DNA from: Malacoraja senta
Lineage: Eukaryota
DNA length: 64,000 nucleotides
Assembly (NCBI GenBank): GCA_038087875.1
Contig: CM075986.1
Coordinates: forward strand, 13,330,001-13,394,000
Direction: 5' to 3'
The position numbers and the translations under genes were made by a program. The notes under the pieces are model-generated. The model saw only the letters and a list, made by a program, of their open reading frames with translations. It was not told the origin of the DNA and made no database searches. This document shows positions 27,451-41,740 of this stretch, in pieces; position 1 is the stretch's first letter, and each line of letters begins with the position of its first letter.

Positions 27451-27748
27451 TTTACTTTTAGAGATGCAGTACGGAACAGGCCCTTCGGCCCACTGAATCC
27501 GCTCCGACCAGCAATCACCCTGTACAGCAGCACTATCCTACACACTAGGGACGATTTACAATTATTACTGAAGCCAATTAACCTACAAACCTGTACATCT
27601 TTGAAGTGTGGGAGAAAACCAGAGTACCTGGAGCAAACCCACGTGGTCACAGGGAGAATGTACAAATTCCGTACAGGTCGCACCCATAGTCAGGATCGAA
27701 CTTGGGTCGATGCCACTGTAAGGCAGCAACTCTACCACTGTGCCGCCC
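27451..27748 (-). mobile_element. tRNA-derived SINE (V-SINE/HE1-like)
   Basis: Reverse-complement homolog of 21845-22137 with A/B boxes. Confidence 0.8.
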
Positions 27749-28574
27749 AAACTTTACTGGCTTTACAAGCACATTAACGCAATGATAAATATATATACAA
27801 TAACAAATAATACAATAAAGTATCAATAATAGGTGGCCAGACCACAATAGTGCAAATTGAAGCACATGGTGCAAACAAAAATAAAGTCCATAATAGATCA
27901 TTGCTGACTTATGGTTGTAGTTAGTTGCACAATGTAGTTTAAGAGCCTCATAAATGCAACTTGATTTTACATTAGCTTTGGGATTACCTTTCCAAATCAG
28001 TCCATCTGCCTCTTCCTACAGACCTACCCCTGTAATGAAGCTTGGGATCAGCTATCCTCTTTGATTCTATGTTAGCTCAATGTCAATGATCAAATTCTGA
28101 TGAAATGCCTTAAGATATTTGGGTACAATAAGGCTTTGAATAAATTGATGCCATGACTCAGAGCTGTATATTTGCCTAAACACGTCATACATAGCTTCCA
28201 TATTCCACTTCCAGAAGTTATAGCTGAGGCTGTCATAGAACATAGAACTGTTCAGGGCAGGACCAAGCGCCTCGGTCCACAATGGCTGTGCCGAACATAA
28301 TACCAAGGTAAACTAACCTCATCTGCCATCACATGATCCATACCCCTCCGTTCCCAACCTAAAAGCCTCGTAAACACCATCATTGTATCTGCCTCCACCT
28401 CCCTCTTTGTAAAAATCTTTCCCTGCACATCTCCTTTAAGTTTTGACACCAGCCTAATGGAGTCACACAGCCGAAGATACAGTACACACAAAAGCTGGAG
28501 TAACTCAGAGGGACAGGCAGCATCTCTGTAGAGAAGGAATGGGTGACGTTTCGGGCCGAGACCCTTCTTCAAGA

Positions 28575-29097
28575 GTCAAGAGAATTTTATTGTCATGTGT
28601 CCCAGATAGGACAATGAAATTCTTACTTGCTGCAGCACAACAGAATATGTAATGCTGAATGGGAGATAAAATTTAGTGTGTCTGTAGACCTTAGACCATA
28701 TATACACAATAAATAAACAGATAAAGTGCAATAGTAATAATATTGTTCAGAGCTTATTTGATGTCGTGTTTAATAGCCTGATGGCTGTGGGGAAGTAGCT
28801 GATCCTGAACCTGGATGTTACAGACTTCAGGCTCCTGTACCTTCTTCCCGATGGCAACGGAGAGATGAGTGTGTGGCCAGGATGGTGTGGTTCTTTGATG
28901 ATGTTGGCAGCCTTTTTGAGGCAGCGACTGCGATAGATCCCTTCGATGGTGGGGAGGTCAGAGCTGGTGATGGACTGGGCAGTGGTCACAACTTTCTGCA
29001 TTCTTTTCCGCTCCTGGACGTTCAAGTTGACGTACCAGGCCACGATGCAGCCAGTCAGTGCGCTCTCTACTGTGCACCTGTAGAAGTTCGGGAGAGT
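28575..29097 (-). mobile_element. Rex1/Babar-like LINE 3' fragment inserted in the middle of a palindromic PLE-derived repeat (28475-29215)
   Basis: ORF 28747..29043 DLPTIEGIYRSRCLKKAANIIKEPHHPGH...LPSGRRYRSL; the flanks are the two arms of the short repeat. Confidence 0.8.
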
Positions 29098-30517
29098 CCT
29101 TCTCGACCTGAAATGTCACCCGTTTCTTCTCTCCAGAGATGCTGCCTGACCTTCTGAGTTACTCCAGCTTTTTATGTCTATCTTTGATTTAAACCAACAT
29201 CTGCAGTTCCTTCCACCCAATCTAAGCGAGTCCCATTTGCCTGCATTTGCCCTATATCCTGCTAAACTTTTGCTAACCATGTACCTGTCAACCCGTTTTT
29301 CAAATGTTGTTATTGCCTCAACTAGGACTGCTAATGGAGAACTGCATTGTCAGAGGCACTGTGACAGTAAACACGAAAAGAAATGGGCAACTTGGGTAAA
29401 TGTTAAATATTTCCCAGAACTGTTCTCAGGAAGGAGGGGGAGGGGTGGGGTGGGGAGTGGGGGGGGGGCAGTATATTGCAATTTGTCTGAGAAATGTGGT
29501 AAAGTGAAAGTGGCTTTTCTGCTTCACTGCAGTGAATTCAAACTTGCTGTTATGAACTTTGCCAGTAGGTGGCAATCTTAGATGCAATAACGTCTCCCTA
29601 TCGCCGGTAAGTGGGAACCAATCTCATATCTGGACCCATTCTAGTAGAACAAGTCACTGCGAGGCCCATCGGAGATCACGTGTTTTGCCCAAATAAAGTT
29701 GGCGCTGAGACAATCTACCAATGCCAAGATAAACTATCAGAGGCAGAAGTTGGCTGTTATTTGTCTGGAAAGTCCATCTGTACAAGCTTGCAATGCATTT
29801 TTTACTTTGCAGCCTGAGTGAACCTTTGTCAGCCTTGGTTTGAGTCACACCTCTTGAATCAGCAGGGTTCACTCCAAGAAAGATTTAGCCTTCAATTCTG
29901 GGTTTTAGATTACTATGGGCATCGAAGGTTACGGGGAGAAGGCAACAGAATGGAGTTGAGAGAGGGAAGAATAGTTTTGCCATGATCAAATAGCCAAGTA
30001 GAATCGATGGGCCGAATTGTCTAATTCTGCAACCATGTCTTACGGGTTGCATAGAAAAAGCTCCCTGGTTATAGAAATAAAGGGATAGCATAGAACTCTC
30101 CACAAGTCTGATGTGTGTTGTCATTTACCTGAAGACCTTTGTGTCATAAATGAGGCAGGCAAAGAGAAAATCAGTCGAAACCACACAGAATATTTACTCT
30201 GATTAGCCAATGCAGAAGAAGGGTCTCGACCCGAAACGTCTCCCATTCCTTCTCTCCAGATAAGCTGCCTGTCCTGCTCAGTTACTGCAGCATTTTGTGT
30301 CTATGTCCAGAAGCCTTTGTTACCTCCTCTGACCAGAATTCCGTCTTCCCTCCTCTGTAAGTTCATGCACAACACCATTGTTTGTGCCCCCACATGCTAA
30401 TTCCCATTCATCCCTGTGCTCCTTCAAATACACACTCTACCACTCCAACAATACCCAAAAATGTAACTTCTCCGATCTTGAGTTCCTATCCATGCATAGC
30501 TTTGCACCTCCCCTTAA

Positions 30518-30880
30518 AGGGCCTGTCCCACTTACGCGACTTTTTCGGCGACTGCCGGCAGCCGTCATTGGTCGCCGAAAGATTTCAACGTTTTGAAAAT
30601 TCAGCGGCGACCAGAAAGACACTACGACTCTTTGGGTGACTAGGAGACTACTCACGACCATACAGGCGACACCCTGGCGACATGTCGCGGGTAACACCCT
30701 CGACATCCCGCGACATGTCGTCAGGGTGTCGCCTGTATGGTCGTGAGTAGTCTCCTGGTCACCCAAAGAGTCGTAGTGTCTTTCTGGTCGTCGCTTAATT
30801 TTCAACATGTTGACATTTTTCGCCGACCTATGACGGTTGCCGGCAGTCGCCGAAAAAGTCGCATAAGTGGGACAGGCCCT
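30518..30880. mobile_element. PIF/Harbinger-type MITE, almost fully palindromic (363 bp)
   Basis: Same AGGGCCTGTCCCACTTA TIR, TAA duplication at 30515-30517 and 30881-30883, ~175-bp inverted arms. Confidence 0.9.
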
Positions 30881-31055
30881 TAAGTCTCTGCACTCCTCCT
30901 CTTAAAGCTTCCAAGACATAAACTATTTGAATCACTTTCAGCTGACTAAACCCCAATTTCTTCCTCAAGTCTTTCTGCCTCTCTACATCTTCCTCTGCCT
31001 TGTTCCTTTAAACCTTCTGCTTTGTCCAAGCTTTGATCGCTTCATCTGATTGTAG

Positions 31056-31255
31056 NNNNNNNNNNNNNNNNNNNNNNNNNNNNNNNNNNNNNNNNNNNNN
31101 NNNNNNNNNNNNNNNNNNNNNNNNNNNNNNNNNNNNNNNNNNNNNNNNNNNNNNNNNNNNNNNNNNNNNNNNNNNNNNNNNNNNNNNNNNNNNNNNNNNN
31201 NNNNNNNNNNNNNNNNNNNNNNNNNNNNNNNNNNNNNNNNNNNNNNNNNNNNNNN
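31056..31255. other. Assembly gap (200 N)
   Basis: Run of exactly 200 N, likely a fixed placeholder length. Confidence 0.99.
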
Positions 31256-32806
31256 CAGGGCCTGATGGTCTGCATCCCAGGGTACATAAGGAAGTGGCTC
31301 TAGAAATCGTGGATGCATTGGTGATAATTTTCCAATGTTCTATAGACTCAGGATCAGTTCCTGTGGATTGGAGGGTAGCTAATGTTATCCCACTTTTTAA
31401 GAAAGGCGGGAGAGAGAAAACAGGGAATTATAGACCAGTTAGTCTGACATCGGTGGTGGGGGAGATGCTGGAGTCGATTATAAAAGATGAGATAGCCGAA
31501 CATTTGGATAGCAGTAACAGGATCGGTCCGAGTCAGCATGGATTTACGAAGGGGAAATCATGCTTGACTAATCTTCTGGAATTTTTTGAAGATGTAACTA
31601 GGAAAATGGACAAGGGAGAGCCAGTGGATGTAGTGTACCTGGACTTTCAGAAAGCATTTGATAAGGTCCCACATAGGAGATTAGTGGGCAAAATGAGGGC
31701 ACATGGTATTGGGGGTAGAATGCTGACATGGATAGAGAAGTGGTTGGCAGACAGGAAACAAAGAGTAGGGATTAATGGGTCCCTTTCAGAATGGCAGGCA
31801 GTGACTAGTGGGGTATCGCAAGGCTCGGTGCTGGGACCACAGCTATTTACAATATTCCTCAATGATTTGGATAAAGGGATTCAAAGTAACATTAGCAAAT
31901 TTGCAGATGACACAAAGCTGGGTGGCAGTGTGAACTGTGAGGAGGATGCTATGAGAATGCAGGGTGACTTGGACAGGTTGGGGGAGTGGGCAGATGCATG
32001 GCAGATGAAGTTTAATGCGGATTAATGTGAGGTTATCCACTTTGGTAGCAAAAACAGGAAGGCAGATTACTATCTAAATGGCGTCAAGTTGGGAAAAGTG
32101 GAAGTACAACGGGATCTGGGGGTCCTTGTACAGCAGTCTATGAAAGTAAGCATGCAGGTACAGCAGGCAGTGAAGAAAGCGAATGGCACGTTGGCCTTTA
32201 TAACAAGAGGAATCGAATATAGGAGCAAAGAGGTCCTTCTGCAGTTGTACAGAGCCCTAGTGAGACCACACCTGGAATATTGTGTACAGTTTTGATCCCC
32301 TAATTTGAGGAAGGACATTCTTGCTATTGAGGGAGTGCAGCGTAGGTTTACAAGGTTAATTCCCGGGATGGCGGACTGTCATATGCTGAGAGAATGGAGC
32401 AGCTGGGCTTCTACACTCTGGAGTTTAGAAGGATGAGAGGGAATCTCATTGAAACATATAAGATTGTTAAAGGTTTGGACACGCTAGAGGCAGGAAACAT
32501 GTTCCCGATGTTGGGGGAGTCCAGAACCAGGGGATAAGGAGTAAGCCATTTAGAAAGGAGACAAGGAAACACTTTTTCTCACAGAGAGTGGTGAAATTCT
32601 CTGCCTCAGAGGGCGGTGGAGGTGGGTTCTCTGGATGCTTTCAAGAGAGAGCTAGATAGGGCTCTTAAAAATAGCAGAGTCAGGGGATATGGGGAGAAGG
32701 CAGGTACGGGGTACTGATTGGGGATGATCAGCCATGATCACATTGAATGGCGGTGCTGGCTCATAGGGCCGAATGGACTACTCCTGCACCTATTGTCTAT
32801 TGTCTA
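31256..32806 (+). mobile_element. Young CR1 (HER1-type) LINE, RT domain through 3' tail; inactivated
   Basis: GPDGLHPRV, NYRPVSLTS, YLDFQKAFDKVPH, QGSVLGP, FADDTKL motifs; stops at 32023 and 32293; (ctattgt)n tail; 5' end runs into the N gap. Confidence 0.95.
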
Positions 32807-35029
32807 AAAGGGGTGATGGCCAGTGGACTGAGAGGTACATCCACTTTCTGCTAGTGGAATGCATAATTTGTGAATGCTAGCCTTGCGTCAAATTAGCACT
32901 CTGATAGCTTAAGTCAGACGGTTATGGGTTCATGCCCATTCTGGAGATGTGTGTACACAGTTTGGGTGATACTTCATTGCAAAAAAAACATCTTGCAACA
33001 GTTTCTGATTAAGAACAAGGAGTATAATTTATCTCTCAACATCAGTAAAGTGAATTATCTGCCCATTAATCTTGTTGCTGTTTGTGGGATAATTATGTGT
33101 GCAAATTGGCCACTGCTTTTCTCTTTCTTGTTTACTACCATTCAAAAATGCTTCATTGGTTGTGAAGTGCTTTGGCATGTCCTACGGTCATGGAAGGCCC
33201 AATATAAATATCCATTCTCTTTCTTTTTCTGGCACACAAGACAAACAAAGGGAGTGTATACAATATAAATAAACGTATCCTAGCAGAAACGTCTACCCTC
33301 ATTGACTGCTGGTACAGTGGCCAGTGGGAGGAGTTAAATTCTCCACTCCTGACCCAAGTCACTGCTTCCCTGCAGGCTTTTCATAAGATAGGAAATAAGC
33401 TTTCATCTGGGACCTCCCACTGCAGTCTGAGCACCGTACCTGAACCAAATACTCTTTCATCTGTAGATTGTTTTTTTTTCTAATGTCAGTTGACAAAGGT
33501 AGTGTTATCACTCACAAATCAAGGTAGTTGGCTGGAGGGCAATGGTTCTCTGGAAGCTTCTTGCAATTTCAAACAACTTTCTCATTTATTTTCTTTCTCC
33601 TTCCATTTTTTCATTATTTTCATCCTTTCTCTCTGGAGGGTGTTTAACTCCTTGCATGGAGCAGACAACACCTTGCCAGTATTTCTCCTGCCTTCAGACT
33701 GGACAATTCCATTACTCCCATGGCCAAATTCCTTGCTTCCATCTTTTGCAAATGTGAACTCATCCAACCCCTGCTGTCTGTGCATTCCAGATTCAACAAC
33801 TGTGTATAAATAAATCCTCATATTGTCTCTTTGGACAATTACCTGAAATATGTGTCTTCTGATTACCTATTCTCCTTTCAAGTTCAATTTCATTTCAAAA
33901 TTCCGTACACATCTGTCAAAATTCCCCTGAACCATTCATACTCTTTGGTGACAATCCCAACTTCTCTAATCTCTCCATGTAAACAATGCTTTTCACATCA
34001 GTTATCATTCTAATATATCTCTTCTGTATCCTCTCAAAGTTCTGAAGATCCTTTCAATACATTGTTGCCCTGAATTTAATTTGCTTCACCTGGATAGGCT
34101 TAACCAGCAATTTATACAGGTTTAGAATAACTCCCAAACATTTGAAGAAGTGTCCTGACTGAAAACATCACCTATCCATTTTCTCTGGAGATGCTGCCTG
34201 GCCTGCTGCATTACTCCAGCATTTTGTGTCCATCTTTGGCAATTACTAACATCTGCCATTCCTTTTTATTACGTTTAGAATAACATCCATGTTTTTGATA
34301 TGTTATTTCATTTAAAATAGCTACGGTCCCATGTATTCTATTACAGATTTCTCAACCTGTCCTTTACATAAATTGTGTAATTTGCCTTTTTCCTGTCTTC
34401 CTGCCAAAAAGCATCATATCATGCTTTGCTGAATTTAATTTGCCTTCCACCAACCTGTTTCTGTTCTTCAGAATTCTGCAATCATTCACCTCTTTATTTA
34501 CATTGTCACAAGGACTGCTGGAAGAATACCAGCAACTTCAATCATGTGGGTCCACTGGAAAAACCTGGATTGTTCACTTTAGACCCAATAAGATGAATTT
34601 AGGAAGATTTAATAGTAGGCTTCAAAATAAGTAAGTGGGAGATTGTATCTGCTGGCAGGAAGCTCAATAGCACTAGGCTTATGAATTTAACTGATTGAGA
34701 TATACTGCAGTGGACCATACATCTAGAAGGGAATTGAAAGATAAATTAAGGGCTGTGACGAAAGGGCAGAGGAATTAGACTAATTGGAATGTCCTTTGAA
34801 GGAATGGGGACAGGGCAGATGAGTTGAACATTCTGCTGTCATATCATTCTAAAGGTAGCATTTTCTCTCTTTGATGGCTTGTAGGGGTCGAGGTTGTCAA
34901 GCTTCCTTTCTGCCTCTGAGATTTCTGAAATTCTAATGGGGCAAATGAGAACTTGCACATTCCATCTCAAGTGGGGCAAGAGGTGCATGGGTCAAATATA
35001 AGGTGATGTGCACATCCTGCTATTTACTC

Positions 35030-35260
35030 TGCCCTCTGGGGGGCTCTGATGTGCAGATGAGGTTTTAACACCCCCAGTGGTCCTTTTGTACGTTGTGATC
35101 ATGGGCCAGGGATTCTCATCAATCCATGGGGATGCAGAGTCATTTCAACAAGACTCTTGAGAACATCCATGAGCCTTCTTCTCTGGCAGTCAACTAATCT
35201 ATTGATGAGACGGAGCTCAGAATAGAGATTTCATTTTGGGAGTCTAGAATCTGACATAAT
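35030..35260 (-). mobile_element. Old RTE-type LINE fragment
   Basis: Minus strand resembles the RKRYKD/LK motif region seen at 10080-10200. Confidence 0.45.
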
Positions 35261-38200
35261 AATGAGGGGAAAAAAAGACACAAAGTGCTGGAGTAACTCT
35301 GTGGGTCAGGCAGCCTCTAGAGAACATGGATTGATGACGTTTCAGGTCCCAAATAAAAACATCACCTATCCATGTTCTCCAGAGATGCTGTCTGACCCTT
35401 TATGTTACTCCAGCACTCTGTGTCCTGTTTTTTGTAACACAGCATTTCCTTGATGGACAAAAAGTGCGGGAGTAACTCAGCAGATCAGGCAGCATCTCTG
35501 GAGAACATGCATAGGTGACGTTTCGGGTCAAGACCCCTACTTTGAAGAAACAATCACAGAAGTTCCTTGTATCTACATGTTAATGATGGGCCTGCCAACA
35601 AAGCTGATTGAGTGTAATTAGGACTTCAATATTCTGCTATATTTTACCCATTAGGCAACAAGCCCATTTAGAAAGCAACCAAAAACATGCCCTCAAGTAT
35701 TAGAACTGTGTATTGTAAATGCTCACAAAGGCCACCCACTGAATCCCTTGCATTATTATATTGTGCCGCCAATTATATTTTATAGAGCAAATTCTATTTT
35801 AACTTGAATAAAACCCAATAGAAAGATCATGCAAGTGTAAGTTTGGATATTGGTTAAGAGTTTTAAAAACTCAAATGCATGATCCTATCTCAACTTTCTG
35901 GGTGGGCACTAAGTAGAACGTTTTGACATGTAAATACTTTCCTCTGACCATAACTGTCAGCAGCATGTTTCAAGCATATTTCAAAATAAAACTCAAACCT
36001 TGACAATGCCCAGAGGAATTGTTTATATTGCAAATAAATACCTAAGCCACAGAAAATGAGAACACATAGTTTAGAATGTAGGCTGAAGATCTAATCACTT
36101 TTATTAGTTTGGTCACTGCTAAAGGGCCTTCTTAGTCCAATTCAACCCCTGCATGTCATGTTAAAGGGTGAAAATTCCTACATTTTAGCAAAAAGCTATT
36201 TTAAGATCAATACACCTACACCTTAGAACAAAACCTAGGCTGGCACATCAATACAGGACTGAAGAATGTTGCACAGTTGGAGCTCTAACTTTTCAGCTGG
36301 CACGTTAAATTGAGGCCCTATTATTTCTGATAGACGGATGCTAAAAATCTCTTGACACTATTCAAAGAATTCAAGAATTCTTGTTGGCGTATGTCCATCA
36401 CATTGCCTAAACAATAACAAAAAGATCTGGTGATTAATACTGTTTGTGGACACTTGCTGAGAACAAATTGGCAGCCAATTTTCCTGCAATTAATTAAACA
36501 CATTTAAAAGTAATTAAATTCCGGGAGTACCATTGGATGTATTCCGCACTTTTCGTGAATCCAGGACACGTTCCTTCATTCTTGTACACAGTACCTGAAT
36601 AGGAATTCTGTGAGGGAGATTTTCAGACCAAATTGCATCTGATGTTATTCTGCAAATGATCAAATCATTTTGGCAAAAGATTTGCCATCTCTCTAAAATG
36701 GACAAAAAATTGCCAAGAACAAGGTCTTACTTTGAAGTGCCTGGAAAATGAGTACCCAACAGCAGAAAAGTGATTGTCAGAATGGAAAATGATAATTCAA
36801 TCTTTTTTCAACCAATATGCACCCTTGATAGATTCTAACATTTCCCACATTTCTTTCAAGTGGCTGTTGGTATTCAATAGTTGCAATGATTAGCTTCAAT
36901 TTTGTGGACCATATCCTAAAGAAACTTCTACTTGTGCACATCAATAAGTTCGCCTTGGCAGGGTACATGATTATTGAGATGGAATGGACCAAGGAGACAT
37001 TAAAATTGTTGCAATTTGATTTTGTTGTTATCAGCTCCTACCATCCTCCTCCTCCTGTCTCTTATACAACCCCCTCTTTTCCCAAATCCCAGCCCACATA
37101 CAAATACTAAAGAGATTAGTATAGGTTGAGCAGGAAAAGCAAATGGATTTCAGTGCATGCAAATATTAAGCTTAGAGTTAACAGAATACGTTCAAAAGCT
37201 GGGGCCAATAGAAGTTTAAAGTGACTTTGATTACCATTATACAATTATCAGTTATAGTCCTCAGAATCTAGACATTTAAGAAATGGGTGTGATGGACATT
37301 TTCAGTATATTAGGATTAATTGATTTGGCAGATAAACGATTTCTGCTAGAGATCTAGAACTAGGATGAAGTTAAAAAGTAGAGCTCAATATTTCAGGAGT
37401 TATGAACTATCTCCTTGTTTCATTTAGTTTCTATTGTTCTGACACTTATTTTAAATTTGTGACTGATTGCTATCACACGTTCCAAAAAGTTTCTTCGTCG
37501 CTCAATTCTGATGGTTTCCCTTTAAACCTTTTACTCCATGGGGAATATCATCCCAATACATTTTCTATGTATCCTTCATAAGTGCCCAGAAATGTATGTA
37601 ATACTCCAACTAACCCCTAACCAGTGATTCTTGATTTTGCATTCAGTATTCACAAACCAAATTTCCCTTATAATCTGGCTGCATAAAAATGCATCTTTGT
37701 TGACCCATTTCACTAATCTCTGCCCTCCTGCAATCAAATGCCTATTTATTACATCGACAACCTGTAAACTGTACTCCCTATAGCCATGTCCAGCACATGT
37801 ATATAGAATAAGCGATCGTTCCATAGATTTTTGCAACTTTAGCCAATTTTGCAGCAATATTATCACATACCCTCTAATAACATGTGCTTTATGTTGAAAT
37901 GAGTTACTTCATCAACGAGACTCCAGATGCTGCAGTTGTAAGCAAAAAAATAACTGCTAGAAGAACCCAGTAGGTCAGGTATTACCTGTGGAGGGAAATG
38001 GATAGATGATGTTTCGGGTCAGAACTTTTTCAGACTCTCGGAGGGGAGAAAGTTAGGTGAAGAGCAGTGAGAGGAAGGGGTGGAGCAAGAACTGGCAGGT
38101 GAAAGGTGGAGTCAAGTGAGGAGGCATGATTGACAATTGAGTCAGGAAGGGGAAGACCGAGGCAAAGTGGAGTAAACAAAAGGGTGACTTGATTTACCAT

Positions 38201-41200
38201 TCATTTTTTTTGAATAAGGGCGTTGTGTAGTCCTGCAGTTTTCTCACTTTAAAGTAGGATTGAAAGGTTGAGGTGTGCCAAACTAATTTTTGCCATCAAC
38301 CTAGGATATTCCATCTGGATGGGATAATTTGTTAGCTTTCTTAAGAGATATACATAGGAATCTTGACCTATTTTCTAATCTCCTTACCCTTCATCAACCA
38401 AAACATTATTTAATTCTCTTTTGTGAATACAAAAGCAAAATAATCAGACCGTATTTTTTCATTTCTCTGCCACCACAAGTTTACCATTCCTTTAACCGTC
38501 CTAGTGACCATCTTATGGTTACGGCCTTTCTCATGAGTGAAAATGTCTTACTTCTTCACTGTGAACTTCTTCATGATCCAAAAGATTGCTATAACACAAA
38601 CGCTCAGCCAAGTCTATTCTAGAAGTCACCTCTCACCTCATTCAATCTTTAATAGGTACAAGCCCTTTGTTATGGTTTCACTTCAATATTTTATGCACTC
38701 TCCATTTCTTGTGTACTTTGTATGGAGAGCAGAACTGGCCCACAGTGTTCCCATGCATTCTGATAAAGATGCCAGCAGTTCAAAATAAATTTAGATTGTT
38801 TTATTCTCCCTTTCTCCTTTTCAGAACCACATTATTCATTTGTTCTGTCACTTGGAACTCATTCCTTTGAGAATTTTCCCTTGTACATGAAGTAATCTTT
38901 CAATCTAAAGTGCATCCTTAAGCTGTCTCGACACTAATCTGCTGTTTCTCTATGCACTTCCCCGCTCTTTTGTCAATTGTAAGTTTTGCAATGCGGCTCC
39001 CAAAACTATAGTGCAGACTATCCGTATTTTAAAAAGTTAAGTAATACTCCCAAAATTGACATTCAGGGTCCACTGAATGACCACCACCTGTATCCAACAC
39101 TACTCCCCATCCGGATTTAGAGGACACTTCTTGTCAGCAAATCAATTATTTATCCATGCATCTGTTTTCCATTTTGGCTTTCATCAAGAACCCCCTTGCA
39201 TGAAACACTTGCCTGACATTGCCTGTAATCCACTGCACCACCCTGACCAACCTTTTATCACTTAAAAATAATTCAATAACAATAATCCAATAAAATTGAA
39301 AGATGTTTATCTTCTTGATTAACCCACACCTTCCCAAATGTACGATTTTGTCTCATTGTGGTCATTTCTAGCTGACTATCCTGCAATTTCCTGTTTTGTC
39401 TCACTTTAAGTAGTCATATGACATTAGTAACCTTCAGGTCTTATGCGAATTATCAACTTTCAATAATGCTACTTTTAAATCAAGTACTATTCCATCTATA
39501 ATTCTTTCAATGGGATCTGCACACTGTTCCATTTGTTTCTGAAGGCAAATACAAACTACAATATTTCCATCATGCCTGACAGCTCCAAGAATTGTCCTTA
39601 TACCCTTTCATATGTACTTACACTACATGAACATTATCGCTAATTTGAAACTGCAACAGAAAATAGCTTTGGTGAAGTAACTGCCATTGATACCTTTTTC
39701 AATGATAAATAAAATATCTAATCTTCCACTTAATGGTTTACAAAGATATTGCAATGTAACGTCATAAATAGAAATAATATTCCATAAGATTATGGCTCAT
39801 CTCTTGGCCCCACACCACTTCCCTTGCTATCCTGCTATACCTCACTTCTATTAGTTTCTGAAAATCTATCAACTTGCCTTGAAACTACTCGACTGAGACT
39901 CTAGAACCATTATGAGTAAACAATTCCAAAGATTCACCACCTCCTGAGTGAATTTCAATGTTCTCCTAAAATGTCTAAGTTTTGTTTTGAGACTGTAATA
40001 TCTAGTTTAAAAATCCCCAGCCAAACGAAATATCAAATCCACATCTACCCTATCAAGCCCCGTAGGAGAACTGAATGTATCCAGTAGACCACCCTGCAGT
40101 ATTATACAGGCATGGTCTTCTCTCTCCTCATACAACAAACCTGCCATAACAGGAGACAATCTGACGAATCTTTACTGCGCTCCCTCTGGTGCCAGAATAT
40201 CTTTCCCGAGGCAGGGAGACGAGACCTGCAAACAAGAATCCAGATGCCATCTCTTCAGTGATCTATATCATTTGAACAAGACTACTCTTGCAGTATACTG
40301 TAAGAATGCAGAAGAGGGTATCAACATGAGCAAATGAGGATTTAATTACTGCATATTCTCAAAGGGAGAAGTGAAAAGATTTCCTTTTAGAGAATTTTAA
40401 AGGGACCAGAAAATTTAGACGTTGACAAACTATTTCATTTTGACAGAAATGGTAAAATCAGAGCAAAGGACCTCCAAAGTAGGAAGTTATATTTTAAAAA
40501 TCCACAGAATATTTTAGTGAAAGGTAATTTCCAGGAAGTGGTAGAAGCCTTTCGTAACAATTTACTCAAAAACAAATTGATTGTTTCTTTCAGTAAATAA
40601 CACTTTGAGACATAGTGTAAGCAATTTCAAATATGACATCTTCAAACATGACAAGTACTTGGAATGAAAATCAAGTTACCAGATGTGTACCAGATTGGTA
40701 TTTTGCCCAGATCTGAAGACAATTGAGTCAATAGTCATGGTTAGTCAAATGCTCCTACATCACATAATATGATAAAATGGAGAAACCAGTCTTTATTTCC
40801 TTCTTACCTATTTTCATAAGTTAAGCCTTCCTTCTAATAGTACAACCATAAATAGAAAAGGACATAGTCTCCAATATAACTCAGAGCAAGTGTTTCCTTT
40901 ACATAATTTTAATTAAAATGTACTAATTGATTTGATATACAATTCAGAACCCTACCACAAATTCAGTAAATGTAAATATGAGCTAATGCTACCTGTATAT
41001 TTGAAAGTGAATAGTGAAATAGAAGTTTCAAACTAACATAATTCATGTTTAAAGAATCTTTCTGGTTTGTAATTCTTGGGGTGGAGCTGTCTTACATTCC
41101 AGATAAACCTGCGCTGATCAAAGAATTTAGTAGACTTGTACGCAGTTTTCTTTTCTTGCATTATTTTTACTGTGTCACTGATTTCCATTTTGGACAGCAC

Positions 41201-41499
41201 CTCCAAAGAACTACAGAACTTCACACTAAAGGAATAGCTGTTAAGGGCTTACAACCGCATTTGCTTTCAGTTGCTCCTGCAGTTGCCAATAGCTTTGCTT
41301 CCAATCCCATTCCAAGCTGACCGTTAACTTAATTTTGCTTAGTGCAGGATTTAAACATTTACAATTTGCCGTAGCATCTGTACAATAAAATACATCAAAG
41401 TATAATATTCTAGATCCATAATTCAAGGTATACAAGCTACATAAAATGCAAGAGAAGAGAACTTGAGTTGGAAATATTAAGTGCTAGACAAATGGACAC

Positions 41500-41740
41500 A
41501 GAACGGAGACGAGGAAACACTTTTTCCTCACAGAGTTGTGAGTCTGTGGAATTCTCTGCCTCAGAGGGCGGTGGAGGCCGGTTCTCTGGATACTTTCAAG
41601 AGAGAGCTAGATAGGGCTCTTAAAGAGAATATGGGGAGAAGGCAGGAACGGGGTACTGATTGGGGATGTTTAGCCATGATCACATTGAATGGCGGTGCTG
41701 GCTCGAAGGGCCGAATGGCCGAATCCTGCACCTATTGTCA
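41500..41740 (+). mobile_element. CR1 LINE 3' end
   Basis: RVVSLWNSLPQRAVEAGSL peptide plus 3'UTR shared with 32560-32800. Confidence 0.85.

Noticed and set aside
31033-32025. 330-aa ORF as a host gene
   Set aside because: It reads through the N gap and is CR1 reverse transcriptase ending in a premature stop
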